This document shows positions 16,505-25,330 of a DNA stretch of 33,610 nucleotides, piece after piece (within the stretch, counting starts at the first letter, position 1; each line of letters opens with the position of its first letter). The DNA comes from a virus (taxonomy: Duplodnaviria > Caudoviricetes). The stretch lies in the IMG/VR virus record IMGVR_UViG_3300037465_000688, positions 1 through 33,610 of that record. One strand, written 5' to 3'. A program made the translations under genes and the position numbers. The notes below the pieces were generated by a model. That model was not told the origin of the DNA and made no database searches. It saw only the letters and a program-made list of their open reading frames with translations.

Positions 16505-17536
16505 ATGCCGGCCAACATTCGCGAAACCAAGATCGGCTTCGGATACAAGAAGCAGGCCGCGCTTCAAACGGCCAACGTGCTGGCCGACATCTGGAGCCTG
16601 TCGAAAGTCAACGCCGCGCTCTCAACGGTCACGCTCAACACCGAAGACGACGCGCCGGAGCTGGGCAAGGGCCACGAGTTCGCCACGCGCGTGTATCCCA
16701 CGTCGTGGGACGTACAGGGGACGATCGAAAAGTATCTGACGAGTGAGATCGCGGCCTGGGCGTTCGTTTTCGGCCTGGGGAACCGCGTGAAGAGCGGTAC
16801 GACCGCGATCACCTACACCTGCACGCCGCCGGATCCGGTAACAGCGGGAATCGAGTTACCGGCTTTTTCGTTCATTGAAACGATCCGGCAGGGTGGAAGC
16901 GCCGTTCTCGACCGCATGGCCATTGGCTGCGTCGTCGAGGATTTCACCATCGCGCTTGCGTCCGGGCCAGGCCGCGCGAGTTCCAAGATCACGATCAACT
17001 TCTCGGGCTCGGGCAAGCTCACCGAACCGAGCGGGATCACCATTCCCGCGCCCACGGCGGAACACCTGCTTCCCGCCGCGAGTGCGCAGGTCACCATCAA
17101 CGGCGTCAACTACGTCACCAACCGCAACCTGGTTTCGCTCGAGCTGGGCTTCAAGAACAACCTGCGCCTCGATTCGGGATTCTTCCCCGGCAGCGGCACG
17201 CAGGATAACGCGGCCATTCGCGGGAGGCTTGAGTTCGGCGATCGCCAGGCGTCGCTCAAGTTCGTCGCGCGGTTTGAGAACGGCTCAACCGAACTGACCA
17301 AGCTGCGCAACCAGACGACCGGCACCGCGACCGTCAGCCTCCAGGGCGAGCTGATCTCGGGCAGTGACTATCACTCGCTCGCCGTGACGTTTCAGAAAGT
17401 CGCATTCAAGACGGCCGTCATTGGCGACACGGAAGGCATCGTGACGGTGGAAGTCGAATGCGCGCCGCTCTACGACACCACGAACGGCCTGCTTTCCGCC
17501 GTCGCCGTTTGCCAACAGGACAACATCGGATCGTAA
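16505..17536 (+). CDS. Major tail tube protein
   Basis: 343 aa, Thr/Gly-rich beta pattern, GGAGG SD, precedes chaperone and tape measure. Confidence 0.8.
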   Translation: MPANIRETKIGFGYKKQAALQTANVLADIWSLSKVNAALSTVTLNTEDDAPELGKGHEFATRVYPTSWDVQGTIEKYLTSEIAAWAFVFGLGNRVKSGTTAITYTCTPPDPVTAGIELPAFSFIETIRQGGSAVLDRMAIGCVVEDFTIALASGPGRASSKITINFSGSGKLTEPSGITIPAPTAEHLLPAASAQVTINGVNYVTNRNLVSLELGFKNNLRLDSGFFPGSGTQDNAAIRGRLEFGDRQASLKFVARFENGSTELTKLRNQTTGTATVSLQGELISGSDYHSLAVTFQKVAFKTAVIGDTEGIVTVEVECAPLYDTTNGLLSAVAVCQQDNIGS

Positions 17537-17538
17537 CC

Positions 17539-18147
17539 ATGGAAAACACCTTCGACACCAAACGAGAGATCGAAATTAGCGTGCTGCACCCGGAAGGCCG
17601 CAAGACTTGCCGCGTGCGCTGGCCAACGGATGAGGAATGGATCGAGCACTCCGCGCGCCGGCGCGTCGTGGTCAGCCAGTTGAGCCGTGACGAATCCGTC
17701 ACCGAGGTGATGGATGGCGAACGCGCCGCCGGCGAGCTGCTCAGTAAGATCCGCATCGACAAAGACGGACCGCAGCTTGACGAATACGAGGCGTCCTACG
17801 TCATCGAGCGGTTGTCGCGAGCGCAGGTTGAAGACTGCGCTCGAGCCAACGGCGGCGTGGAGATTTTGCTGAAAGTTCCGGGCGCAGGCACGAAACACGC
17901 CCTCCGCGTCCCGTCGCTGGCTGAAGTCGTGAGTTACCGGCGCAGCTTCTCGCGCCTGGTGGAGAACCGGCGCGGCAAGCAAATCCTCAAGATCAACCTC
18001 CGCGCCGCGGGCGACTTCTATGACAAGCTCGCGCAGTCGAAAGACGGCTACTCAGGCGACGTTCCGGTGATCCACAAGGCGGCGGTGATCACGGAAATGC
18101 TCGGATTCCTAGAGGCCGAGCAGGAGTCAGACGCGGGGGAAGCCTAG
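17539..18147 (+). CDS. Tail assembly chaperone (gpG-like)
   Basis: Position before the tape measure; ends in G GGG GAA GCC TAG slippery site. Confidence 0.8.
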   Translation: MENTFDTKREIEISVLHPEGRKTCRVRWPTDEEWIEHSARRRVVVSQLSRDESVTEVMDGERAAGELLSKIRIDKDGPQLDEYEASYVIERLSRAQVEDCARANGGVEILLKVPGAGTKHALRVPSLAEVVSYRRSFSRLVENRRGKQILKINLRAAGDFYDKLAQSKDGYSGDVPVIHKAAVITEMLGFLEAEQESDAGEA

Positions 18148-18491
18148 GCGAGTGGCCGGATGCCCCCGGGGTCCGGTTCCTCGTCCACTGGCTGCTGCGG
18201 CGCGAAGATCTCTGCGACGGCCCACGGCTGTGCCCGCACGCGCCCGACGACGCTGCGCCGTGCGATGCCTGCCCGCTTGCCCGGCTCGACGAGGCGCTCG
18301 AATCCGATCCCGGCTGGCTCCTGCGCCGCGCGCTTGATCTCGATTTCGCGTTGCGCGCGGGAGTCACGTTCACGGCTTCCGATGTTGCCTTCGATGAATT
18401 TCTAACCCTGCGGACGGTTTCCGAAGAACGCGACCGTCATGCCCTTGAGATGAACCGCCGATGCCCGCCTCGAACACACTTCAGCTCGTAA
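18135..18491 (+). CDS. -1 frameshift extension of the chaperone (gpGT-like, T part)
   Basis: The -1 frame is open from the GGGGGAA heptamer to TAA 18489-18491: SLGEWPDAPGVRFLVHWLLRREDLCDGPRLCPH..CDACPL..LRRALDLDFALRAG..EERDR. Confidence 0.8.
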   Translation, partial: GGSLGEWPDAPGVRFLVHWLLRREDLCDGPRLCPHAPDDAAPCDACPLARLDEALESDPGWLLRRALDLDFALRAGVTFTASDVAFDEFLTLRTVSEERDRHALEMNRRCPPRTHFSS

Positions 18492-21400
18492 TCGAGGTCA
18501 CCACCGACGCCGCCAACCGCAACATCGACAAAGTCAATGCGGGCCTGACGCGAATCGAGCAGGTGGCCGTGCGCTCTTCGCAGGGAGCCTCGCGTGGAAT
18601 CGACAGCCTCACCGGCAGCATGGCCAAAGGCGTTATTGCCGGCAATGCGTTCACCGCTGCCATCGAGAAGGCGTTCGGCGTGCTAAAGTCGCTCACCATC
18701 GAAGCCGCCGAGTACGCCGCGCGGACTGAGACGCTGGGCGTAGCGCTTGACCAGCTCGCCAAGTCGAACGACCTGAGTGTCGAGGCCGTGCGCGGACAGG
18801 TCGAAGCTGTCAAAGCCCTAGGCATTACCACGCAGGACGCGCGCACGGCTATCGCCCAGATGATCGCCGCCCAGATCGATTTGTCGCGGGCGACCGAACT
18901 CGCGCGCCTCGCGCAGGACGCGGCTGTGATCGCCGGAAAAAACTCGTCGGAGACGCTCGCGGGAATCGTTCACGGAATCGTGACCCAGCAGATCGAAGTC
19001 CTGCGCACCTACGGAATCCAGGTCAACTTCGAGCGGACTTTTGCGCAGGCCCAGCAACGCGTGGGCCACGAGATGACCGAAACCGAGCGCAAGATGGCGG
19101 CGTTCAACGCGGTGCTCGAGCAGGCGCCGAAGTTTGCCGGAGCCTACGAAGCCGCGCTCGGCACTGTGGGCAAGCAGCAGACCTCGCTCACGCGGTACGT
19201 GCTCGAAGCCAAGAACGCCATCGGCGAGCAGTTCCTGCCCCAGATGCGCCAGGCGATCTCGGTGCTGACCGATCTCGCCAAGTGGGCTCGCGACAATGCT
19301 CAGGCGATTGGCGACTTCACCAAGGCGATGTTGGGCGTTGCTACGGTCATCACCGCCTACAACCTTCCGGGCTTGCTCCTAAAGATTGCGGCGGGCATTC
19401 GGGCGATCACACTCGCTGCGGCCGCGAATCCGTGGGGGCTGGTCGCTGCGGGCGTCGCGACGCTCGGGTTAGCGCTCTATGAGATGCACCAGCGCCTGGA
19501 GGAGAACGCCCGGGCCTTTGAAGAAACGGCGCGCCGGGCGAAGATCATGGATGAGATTCGCGCCGGGCGGTCGCTTGAGGAGCTGAAGAAACTCGGCTAC
19601 ACCGCCGAGCAGATCAAAGACGCGCTGATGGGCGGCCGCCGCGCCCTCGACGAGTTTCAGCAAGATTTTTCCAACTTCGATTTCGGCGCTCCTATCCGCG
19701 TGCGGATCGCCGAAGAGCGCAACCTGCAAGAGGAGCTACAGCGGCAGAAGGAACTGCGCCAGAAGATTAAGGACGCCGAGGAGAAGGCCCACAACCTGCT
19801 CGTCTCGGCCCAGAAGCAGGAACTCACGGGCCTGGCGCGGATCATCGTCGAGTACAACATCTATCGCCAGGAGATCGGCTTGTCGGCCAAGGCCAACCGC
19901 GACCTGGCGCAGGCGACGGCGATCCGCCTTCGCGCCGAAGCCACCAAGGAACTCAAGGAAAGCGCGCGCGAACATCTGAAGCAGCTCGAAGAGCAGACGG
20001 CGGTCGAACTCGAAGCGCGCGGGCAGCAGATGCTTCGCGAGAAGGATTTTCAGTCGGAGACGCTGAAGCTGGCTTCCGAGACGCTGGAGAGCCGGCTGAA
20101 CTACGAACAGACGGTGCTCCAGCAGGCGCGCGACGCGCAGTTGCGTCAGCTTGAGTTCGTCGATGCCCGCACGGTCGAGCAGAAGGTAGATCTGGAGCGG
20201 CGGAAGCTCACGATCGAGGAAGACTTCCTGCTGAAGTCGTTCGAGCTGAAAGCTGCCGCTCTGAACCGGGAGGCGCAGAGCGAGATCGCCACGATGGAGA
20301 TCATCGCGCGGGCGCGGTTCATCAGTGAAGAGGAGATCGCCCGGCGGCGAGACGAGCTGTTACGGGCCTACGCGGAGAAAGCCCGACAGCTTGAGGCCTC
20401 TACCCAGGATGCCATCAACACCGCGCGCGAGAACGCGGCCATCCGGCAGACACAGATCGTCCGCGACGCCAACGAGCGCATGGCCGAAGAAATGAAATCG
20501 GCAAACCAGCGTGTCTTCGACCAGATGAAGTCGGCGAGCGAGCGGGTCTTCGACGCCATGCTCCAAAAGGGCCAGAGCATCTGGTCGGCCCTGGCCGGTG
20601 CGTTGAAGAACGCCGTGCTGACCGTGCTGCGCGAAATCGTCACCTCGCAAGTTGCCCGGGCGTTGTCGAGCCTTCTTACAGGGCAGCGTGTGGCGCTCGC
20701 ACCCGCCGGATCTGGCGGCGGCGTGCTCGGGCGGCTGGGCGGGCTGCTCGGGGTCGGAGCGATTCCGGTGTTCGGAGCCGGAAGCATTGCGGGGGGCACG
20801 GGCGGGACTGGGGGTTTCGCGGGTCCGGTAACGGGCGCAGGATCTTCCGCCGTGGGCAGCGTCTTCAATCTCACCGGCCTGGGCGCGAAGCTGAAGGACT
20901 TCCTCGGATTCGGCGGCGGCGTCCAGTACGCTCCGGGCAAGGCTGTGACCTGGCAATCGGCGACTCTGGGTCAGAAACTTTCAGCGCTCGGGCGTTCGGA
21001 CGCGGCCGCGCTGGCGGGTGGACTGCTGGCGCTCGACGGACTGCGCCGCGGCGGATTCACCGGGCTGGCTGAAACCACCGCCGGCGGCGCATTACTCGGC
21101 TTCAAGTTTGGCGGTCCGATCGGGGCCGCGATCGGCGCGGGCATCGGTGCTGTGGCCGGCTTCATCCGGCTTTTCTTCAAAAGCGCCGCGCAGAAAGCCC
21201 GCGAGAAGATCCGCGCCGTGTACGGCGTCGATATCCAGTCGAAGGGCGTCCTTGAACAGATTGTTCAGATGGCGAAGCAGGGTTTCGGTGGCAACCTCGA
21301 TCTCGCCATTCGCAGCCCACAGATCCGCGACCTGATTGAGCTGTACGCGCTCTCGACAGGCCAGAGCACGGCGGGGTTGCCCGCGAAGGTGCGTCCTGTC

Positions 21401-21676
21401 TCGCTCGTTCAGCAGGGTGGCGTACTCTATCAAGCGAGCTCACCGAGCGGAATCGCTCTGGACCGCATCGGCGCTGGCGCGCCTCAGAACGCCGGCCCGA
21501 TCGTGATCAAGCTCGATGGCGAGGCCACCACGGCGCTCCTGCGTGGCGAAGCCGTCCAGACGATCGCGGACAACCCGCGCCTGGTCCAAAGCGCCGCCAT
21601 GACCGCGACGCGAGCCAATGCGGGCCGCCGCGAGCTGCTCGCACTGCAACTCAGCCCAGGAACGCTAACAAGCTGA
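18461..21676 (+). CDS. Tape measure protein
   Basis: 1071 aa, helical and Ala-rich, ANPWG motif, central coiled coil, Gly-rich hydrophobic C-terminal part. Confidence 0.92.
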   Translation: MPASNTLQLVIEVTTDAANRNIDKVNAGLTRIEQVAVRSSQGASRGIDSLTGSMAKGVIAGNAFTAAIEKAFGVLKSLTIEAAEYAARTETLGVALDQLAKSNDLSVEAVRGQVEAVKALGITTQDARTAIAQMIAAQIDLSRATELARLAQDAAVIAGKNSSETLAGIVHGIVTQQIEVLRTYGIQVNFERTFAQAQQRVGHEMTETERKMAAFNAVLEQAPKFAGAYEAALGTVGKQQTSLTRYVLEAKNAIGEQFLPQMRQAISVLTDLAKWARDNAQAIGDFTKAMLGVATVITAYNLPGLLLKIAAGIRAITLAAAANPWGLVAAGVATLGLALYEMHQRLEENARAFEETARRAKIMDEIRAGRSLEELKKLGYTAEQIKDALMGGRRALDEFQQDFSNFDFGAPIRVRIAEERNLQEELQRQKELRQKIKDAEEKAHNLLVSAQKQELTGLARIIVEYNIYRQEIGLSAKANRDLAQATAIRLRAEATKELKESAREHLKQLEEQTAVELEARGQQMLREKDFQSETLKLASETLESRLNYEQTVLQQARDAQLRQLEFVDARTVEQKVDLERRKLTIEEDFLLKSFELKAAALNREAQSEIATMEIIARARFISEEEIARRRDELLRAYAEKARQLEASTQDAINTARENAAIRQTQIVRDANERMAEEMKSANQRVFDQMKSASERVFDAMLQKGQSIWSALAGALKNAVLTVLREIVTSQVARALSSLLTGQRVALAPAGSGGGVLGRLGGLLGVGAIPVFGAGSIAGGTGGTGGFAGPVTGAGSSAVGSVFNLTGLGAKLKDFLGFGGGVQYAPGKAVTWQSATLGQKLSALGRSDAAALAGGLLALDGLRRGGFTGLAETTAGGALLGFKFGGPIGAAIGAGIGAVAGFIRLFFKSAAQKAREKIRAVYGVDIQSKGVLEQIVQMAKQGFGGNLDLAIRSPQIRDLIELYALSTGQSTAGLPAKVRPVSLVQQGGVLYQASSPSGIALDRIGAGAPQNAGPIVIKLDGEATTALLRGEAVQTIADNPRLVQSAAMTATRANAGRRELLALQLSPGTLTS

Positions 21677-21677
21677 C

Positions 21678-22079
21678 ATGCCCGGATCTGTCGCCAACGC
21701 CACGCCAACGACGGTGCTTCCGCTCACTCTGTGCCGGTCATTCGTCCACTCGCGCAAGTATCCGGTCCAGGTGAACGAATACCGCAACGGAGAATCGCAG
21801 CGCGGCCGTCTTGCTGACACGAGCCGCAAGAGCTGGCACACCGGGAAGCGGCTCACCGCCTCGGAACTCCAGGCGCTGCGCGACTTCTACGATGCGCGCA
21901 AGGGGCCGCAGGAGCCATTCTACTTCTACGATCCCTGGGAGACCGTACCGAAGTTCACCTACGATCCAACCGGACAGACGGTCGCGGGACGCTATACCGT
22001 CCGGTTCGAAGGTGCGTGGGAACAGTCCGTCGTTCTTGGTCGCGTCGAAGTGAACATCCCTGTCATCGAAATCGCGTAA
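21678..22079 (+). CDS. Distal tail protein (DUF2460/gpM-like)
   Basis: NGESQR..LQALRDFYDARKGPQEPFYFYDP..YTVRF; immediately after the tape measure. Confidence 0.8.
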   Translation: MPGSVANATPTTVLPLTLCRSFVHSRKYPVQVNEYRNGESQRGRLADTSRKSWHTGKRLTASELQALRDFYDARKGPQEPFYFYDPWETVPKFTYDPTGQTVAGRYTVRFEGAWEQSVVLGRVEVNIPVIEIA

Positions 22080-22175
22080 GTGAAGAGACCTCGCGCTAAT
22101 GTTCCTCGCGTGGTCAAGACGCCACATGACCTAAACAGAGGAGGCTATTCTGAGATGAGGGTCACTCCAAGTATT

Positions 22176-23015
22176 TCAATCGTTCATCAACAAGCCCTTC
22201 AGATAGTCACGGCCGGAATCCGTCAGCCGCCAGAAATTGTAATCTTTGGGGACGATGGTCCGATGGTGAGCGTCAAACACGGTACTCATTGGCAAAGAAT
22301 CGCACGGCTCCAAAATGTTTGCTGCAAAAAGATGCGTCAATACCAATCGGAATCCACTATCGTAGAGCCTGGCTTGTTCTCCCTTTTTGTCTACTACAAT
22401 TTCCGTCAGGTTGCGCTCGATTCGAGACTCGGTGCATGGTTGAAGCACTATGGGCCCGATAGCAGCGATGATCTCGTCCCAGCGTAGGGAGACGGAGCCA
22501 GCGATTGATCCACCGCGGCCATCGGGCGACCAGATTCTGAGCGTAATACTATCGGAACCCTTGATCGAGGGGCGGGAGGAATCGGCCTTCCCAGACGCGG
22601 CACGTTCCCCCTTTTGCGGCGCTCCGACGCTGCCACTGGTCGGTCCCGGAGCAGGTGTGGTCTGCGAATCATCGCTCTGCGTTCTGCCCCCGACCGGTTC
22701 AATCTCGGCCACGAACATCCATCCCTGTTTAGGTACCGCCTTGATGAACTGGGGTGCCTCTGGGCTATCGCCCAACCAACGTCGAAGTTCGGCGAGGGCC
22801 ACGTGAACGCTACCATCTGCAACATTGACGCCCGCCCAAACCACTCGCTTAAGCTCTTCTCGGGTGACGAGAGTGTTCGGACGCTCGGCTAGGTACTTCA
22901 GGACTTGCCATTCTCTTCGCCTGATGGGAACCTCGATATCCCCACGCCATAGGCTACAAACTTCGTCACCAATTCGGAAGGTGCTGTCCCTTCCTCGGAA
23001 CCTGATTTCTGGCAT
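22176..23015 (-). CDS. Moron: OmpR/CadC-type winged helix (Trans_reg_C) fused to a helical C-terminal domain
   Basis: EWQVLKYLAERPNTLVTREEL..VWAGVNVADGSVHVALAELRRWLGDSPEAPQFIKAVPKQGWMF; GGAGGA SD before ATG 23015. Confidence 0.85.
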   Translation of the reverse strand: MPEIRFRGRDSTFRIGDEVCSLWRGDIEVPIRRREWQVLKYLAERPNTLVTREELKRVVWAGVNVADGSVHVALAELRRWLGDSPEAPQFIKAVPKQGWMFVAEIEPVGGRTQSDDSQTTPAPGPTSGSVGAPQKGERAASGKADSSRPSIKGSDSITLRIWSPDGRGGSIAGSVSLRWDEIIAAIGPIVLQPCTESRIERNLTEIVVDKKGEQARLYDSGFRLVLTHLFAANILEPCDSLPMSTVFDAHHRTIVPKDYNFWRLTDSGRDYLKGLLMND

Positions 23016-23350
23016 TTCGGATTCCTCCAGGCTATGCGCTCTAAATATGCCGCAACGCGACCGCAATCGCGATGTGGCCAAGAATGTACACCAGCTTATC
23101 GAGGGTCGCCTGCGCAAGCCAAGCACCCCCGTGTGCTACCAGCCCGGCGACGACTCCGTCGATGAAAGCCTTCACGGATTTCTTCATGCTGCCACCTCCT
23201 GTGACAGCACCAGTGTGCAGCGCCTTGAGTCAGGAAGCCAGTGAAGAAGCCGGTTTCGAAGTTTATTAAGCGCCGTTGACATGGACTCCGGCCCTTCGGT
23301 TCAACGAGGTTTACGACGAAGCTCAGATCAGGAACAGTGCGGTTAGCTTG

Positions 23351-25327
23351 ATGAAAACGCTCTATAGAATTCTCTTTCTCGCTCCTGCGGTGCTCGCCGC
23401 TACGCAGATCCGGGACACGGCCTTCACGGGCATCGCCGACACGCTGTTCAACGGCAGGCTCACGATCAGCGCGCCCGACATGACCACTCCGGACGGGCGC
23501 ACCGTTGTCCGCTGGCAGCAGGACTTCACCATCACCAACGGCGTCATCTCGGTAAGTCTGGAGCCGAACGACACCGCCACGCCTTCCGGCACCAGCTACG
23601 CCGTACGGTTCACCCCGCGCTCGGGACCGGCGTGGACCGAACGCTGGATCGTGCCGACGAGCGCGGTTCCACTCAAGGTAAACCAGGTTCGGGTGACATC
23701 CGCGCCAACGCCAGCGCTGACGATCCAGCCCTCGCAGATCCTGAGCGGCGGCGCTGACAGCGGACAGTGCCTGTTGTGGTCTGGGTCGTCCTGGATTCCT
23801 GGACCATGCGGCGGCAGCGCGCCGGTTTCGAGCGTCTTTGGGCGCACCGGCGCGGTCGCCGCACAGGCCGGCGACTACACGATTCCGCAGATCACGGGGC
23901 TTCAATCGCAGCTCGACGCGCGCCTGGAGCGCGGCACCGTCGTCTACTGGGCCGACGACTACTGCCAGACGCAGGGCGTCCACGACCACACGTGCCTGAA
24001 CGGCGCGATCGCGGCGGCGGGCTCGGCCACCGATGTCACGATCCAGTTGGGCCCGCGCGTCTATGCCGTCGGCGCAACCGTTACGATTTCCTCCAAAACA
24101 CGCTGGCGGCTGGACGGTCTCGGGCGGCGGGCAAAGCTTCGCGCGGCAGATGGCCTGAATGCGGCGATGATCGTGCTCGACGGATGCGCCGACTGCATCG
24201 TCGCGAACACTCACTTCGATGGGAACGCGGCGAACCAGTCCTCGGAGACCATTCCGCTCTCGATCCTTAATCACCAGGGCGTGACGATCACCGGCAACCT
24301 GATCGAGAACGCTCGCGGCCGTGGTCTGCGTATAACGACCGGCGGCGGGTTCAGCACCAACCAGATGGGCGTCGTTCTGACGCAGAACACCATCGACCGC
24401 ACCACCGATGAAGCCCTGCACGCTGTAGTCGGCAATCCGGGCATCCTGGCATCGGCAAACCGATTCACCAACGTGGACACCGACGCCAACGGCACGCCCA
24501 GCACAGGCGCGATCTATCTCGAGCCGAACGATTCGAACGCCGTCTTCCTTGAGACGCTGGTTGAGGGATACTTCGCGCCCGACTTCTCAGCCTTCGCCAA
24601 TCTCGCATCCGCGTTTCGCGTGAACGCGAGCCTGTTCGGGCTGCGCGTCTATCTGCCCTTCCTGCGGACCGTGATCGCCGGCTCCACGTGCACCTTCGTC
24701 AACCAGGGCGAGTGTATTTCCGCCTACCCCACCCTTGCCGAGCAGCAGGAGTTCTTCCACGTGGGCACATGCATCGGCGGAACGCCCGTGCTCAACGCGC
24801 GGATCGTCCACACCTCGGGCACAGTCTCTTGCGTCGGCCCGGCGGGATTCCAGGTCGCCGCGATCGAACTGGCTGACGGCGCGCAGCAGCACGTCACGGT
24901 GACGGTGGCCAACGGCGGCAAAGCAACATCTTCCGAGGGTTATGTCCGGCTCATTCCGTTCGGCTACGCCGGCACGACTGGCGGCAACATGGCTTTCTCG
25001 GTGAACGTCAGCACGTGCGCGGACGTGGCCTGGGATCTATCGATCGGCCCAGCATTCAACTCGCCCACTGGTTCCGCGGCCTATTCGGTTGGGACCCTGT
25101 CCACAAGCCCGATCAGCACAGCCTTCGTCAAGGTCCTGGGCGGCGACTCCATCAACGGCGGCTCGTGGGTTTTCGCCAACAACACCAACTGCCGGGGCGG
25201 GTTGGCCGGCACTCCTCGGCCTTCTTATATAAGGTTGATGCGGCGCGGCGACTTGGGCGCGGACTCCAACACCGGGTCCCTGTTCGTGACCGGCTTCGTC
25301 ACCCTTCACTCGACCAGCCTGTACTGA
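23351..25327 (+). CDS. Tail fibre/spike-like protein with right-handed beta-helix; signal-peptide-like N-terminus
   Basis: VSSVFGRTGAVAAQAGDY fibre motif; FDGNAANQ and VTITGNLIENARGRGL beta-helix repeats; starts MKTLYRILFLAPAVLA. Confidence 0.72.
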   Translation: MKTLYRILFLAPAVLAATQIRDTAFTGIADTLFNGRLTISAPDMTTPDGRTVVRWQQDFTITNGVISVSLEPNDTATPSGTSYAVRFTPRSGPAWTERWIVPTSAVPLKVNQVRVTSAPTPALTIQPSQILSGGADSGQCLLWSGSSWIPGPCGGSAPVSSVFGRTGAVAAQAGDYTIPQITGLQSQLDARLERGTVVYWADDYCQTQGVHDHTCLNGAIAAAGSATDVTIQLGPRVYAVGATVTISSKTRWRLDGLGRRAKLRAADGLNAAMIVLDGCADCIVANTHFDGNAANQSSETIPLSILNHQGVTITGNLIENARGRGLRITTGGGFSTNQMGVVLTQNTIDRTTDEALHAVVGNPGILASANRFTNVDTDANGTPSTGAIYLEPNDSNAVFLETLVEGYFAPDFSAFANLASAFRVNASLFGLRVYLPFLRTVIAGSTCTFVNQGECISAYPTLAEQQEFFHVGTCIGGTPVLNARIVHTSGTVSCVGPAGFQVAAIELADGAQQHVTVTVANGGKATSSEGYVRLIPFGYAGTTGGNMAFSVNVSTCADVAWDLSIGPAFNSPTGSAAYSVGTLSTSPISTAFVKVLGGDSINGGSWVFANNTNCRGGLAGTPRPSYIRLMRRGDLGADSNTGSLFVTGFVTLHSTSLY

Positions 25328-25330
25328 CCG

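Noticed and set aside
18152-18405. Track ORFs 18152-18337 and 18160-18405 as independent genes
   Set aside because: The third frame, reached by -1 slippage, gives a more protein-like product and spans the whole gap.
22080-22487. 135-aa + strand ORF after the Dit-like gene
   Set aside because: Mostly antisense to the better-supported wHTH fusion gene; no recognisable motif.
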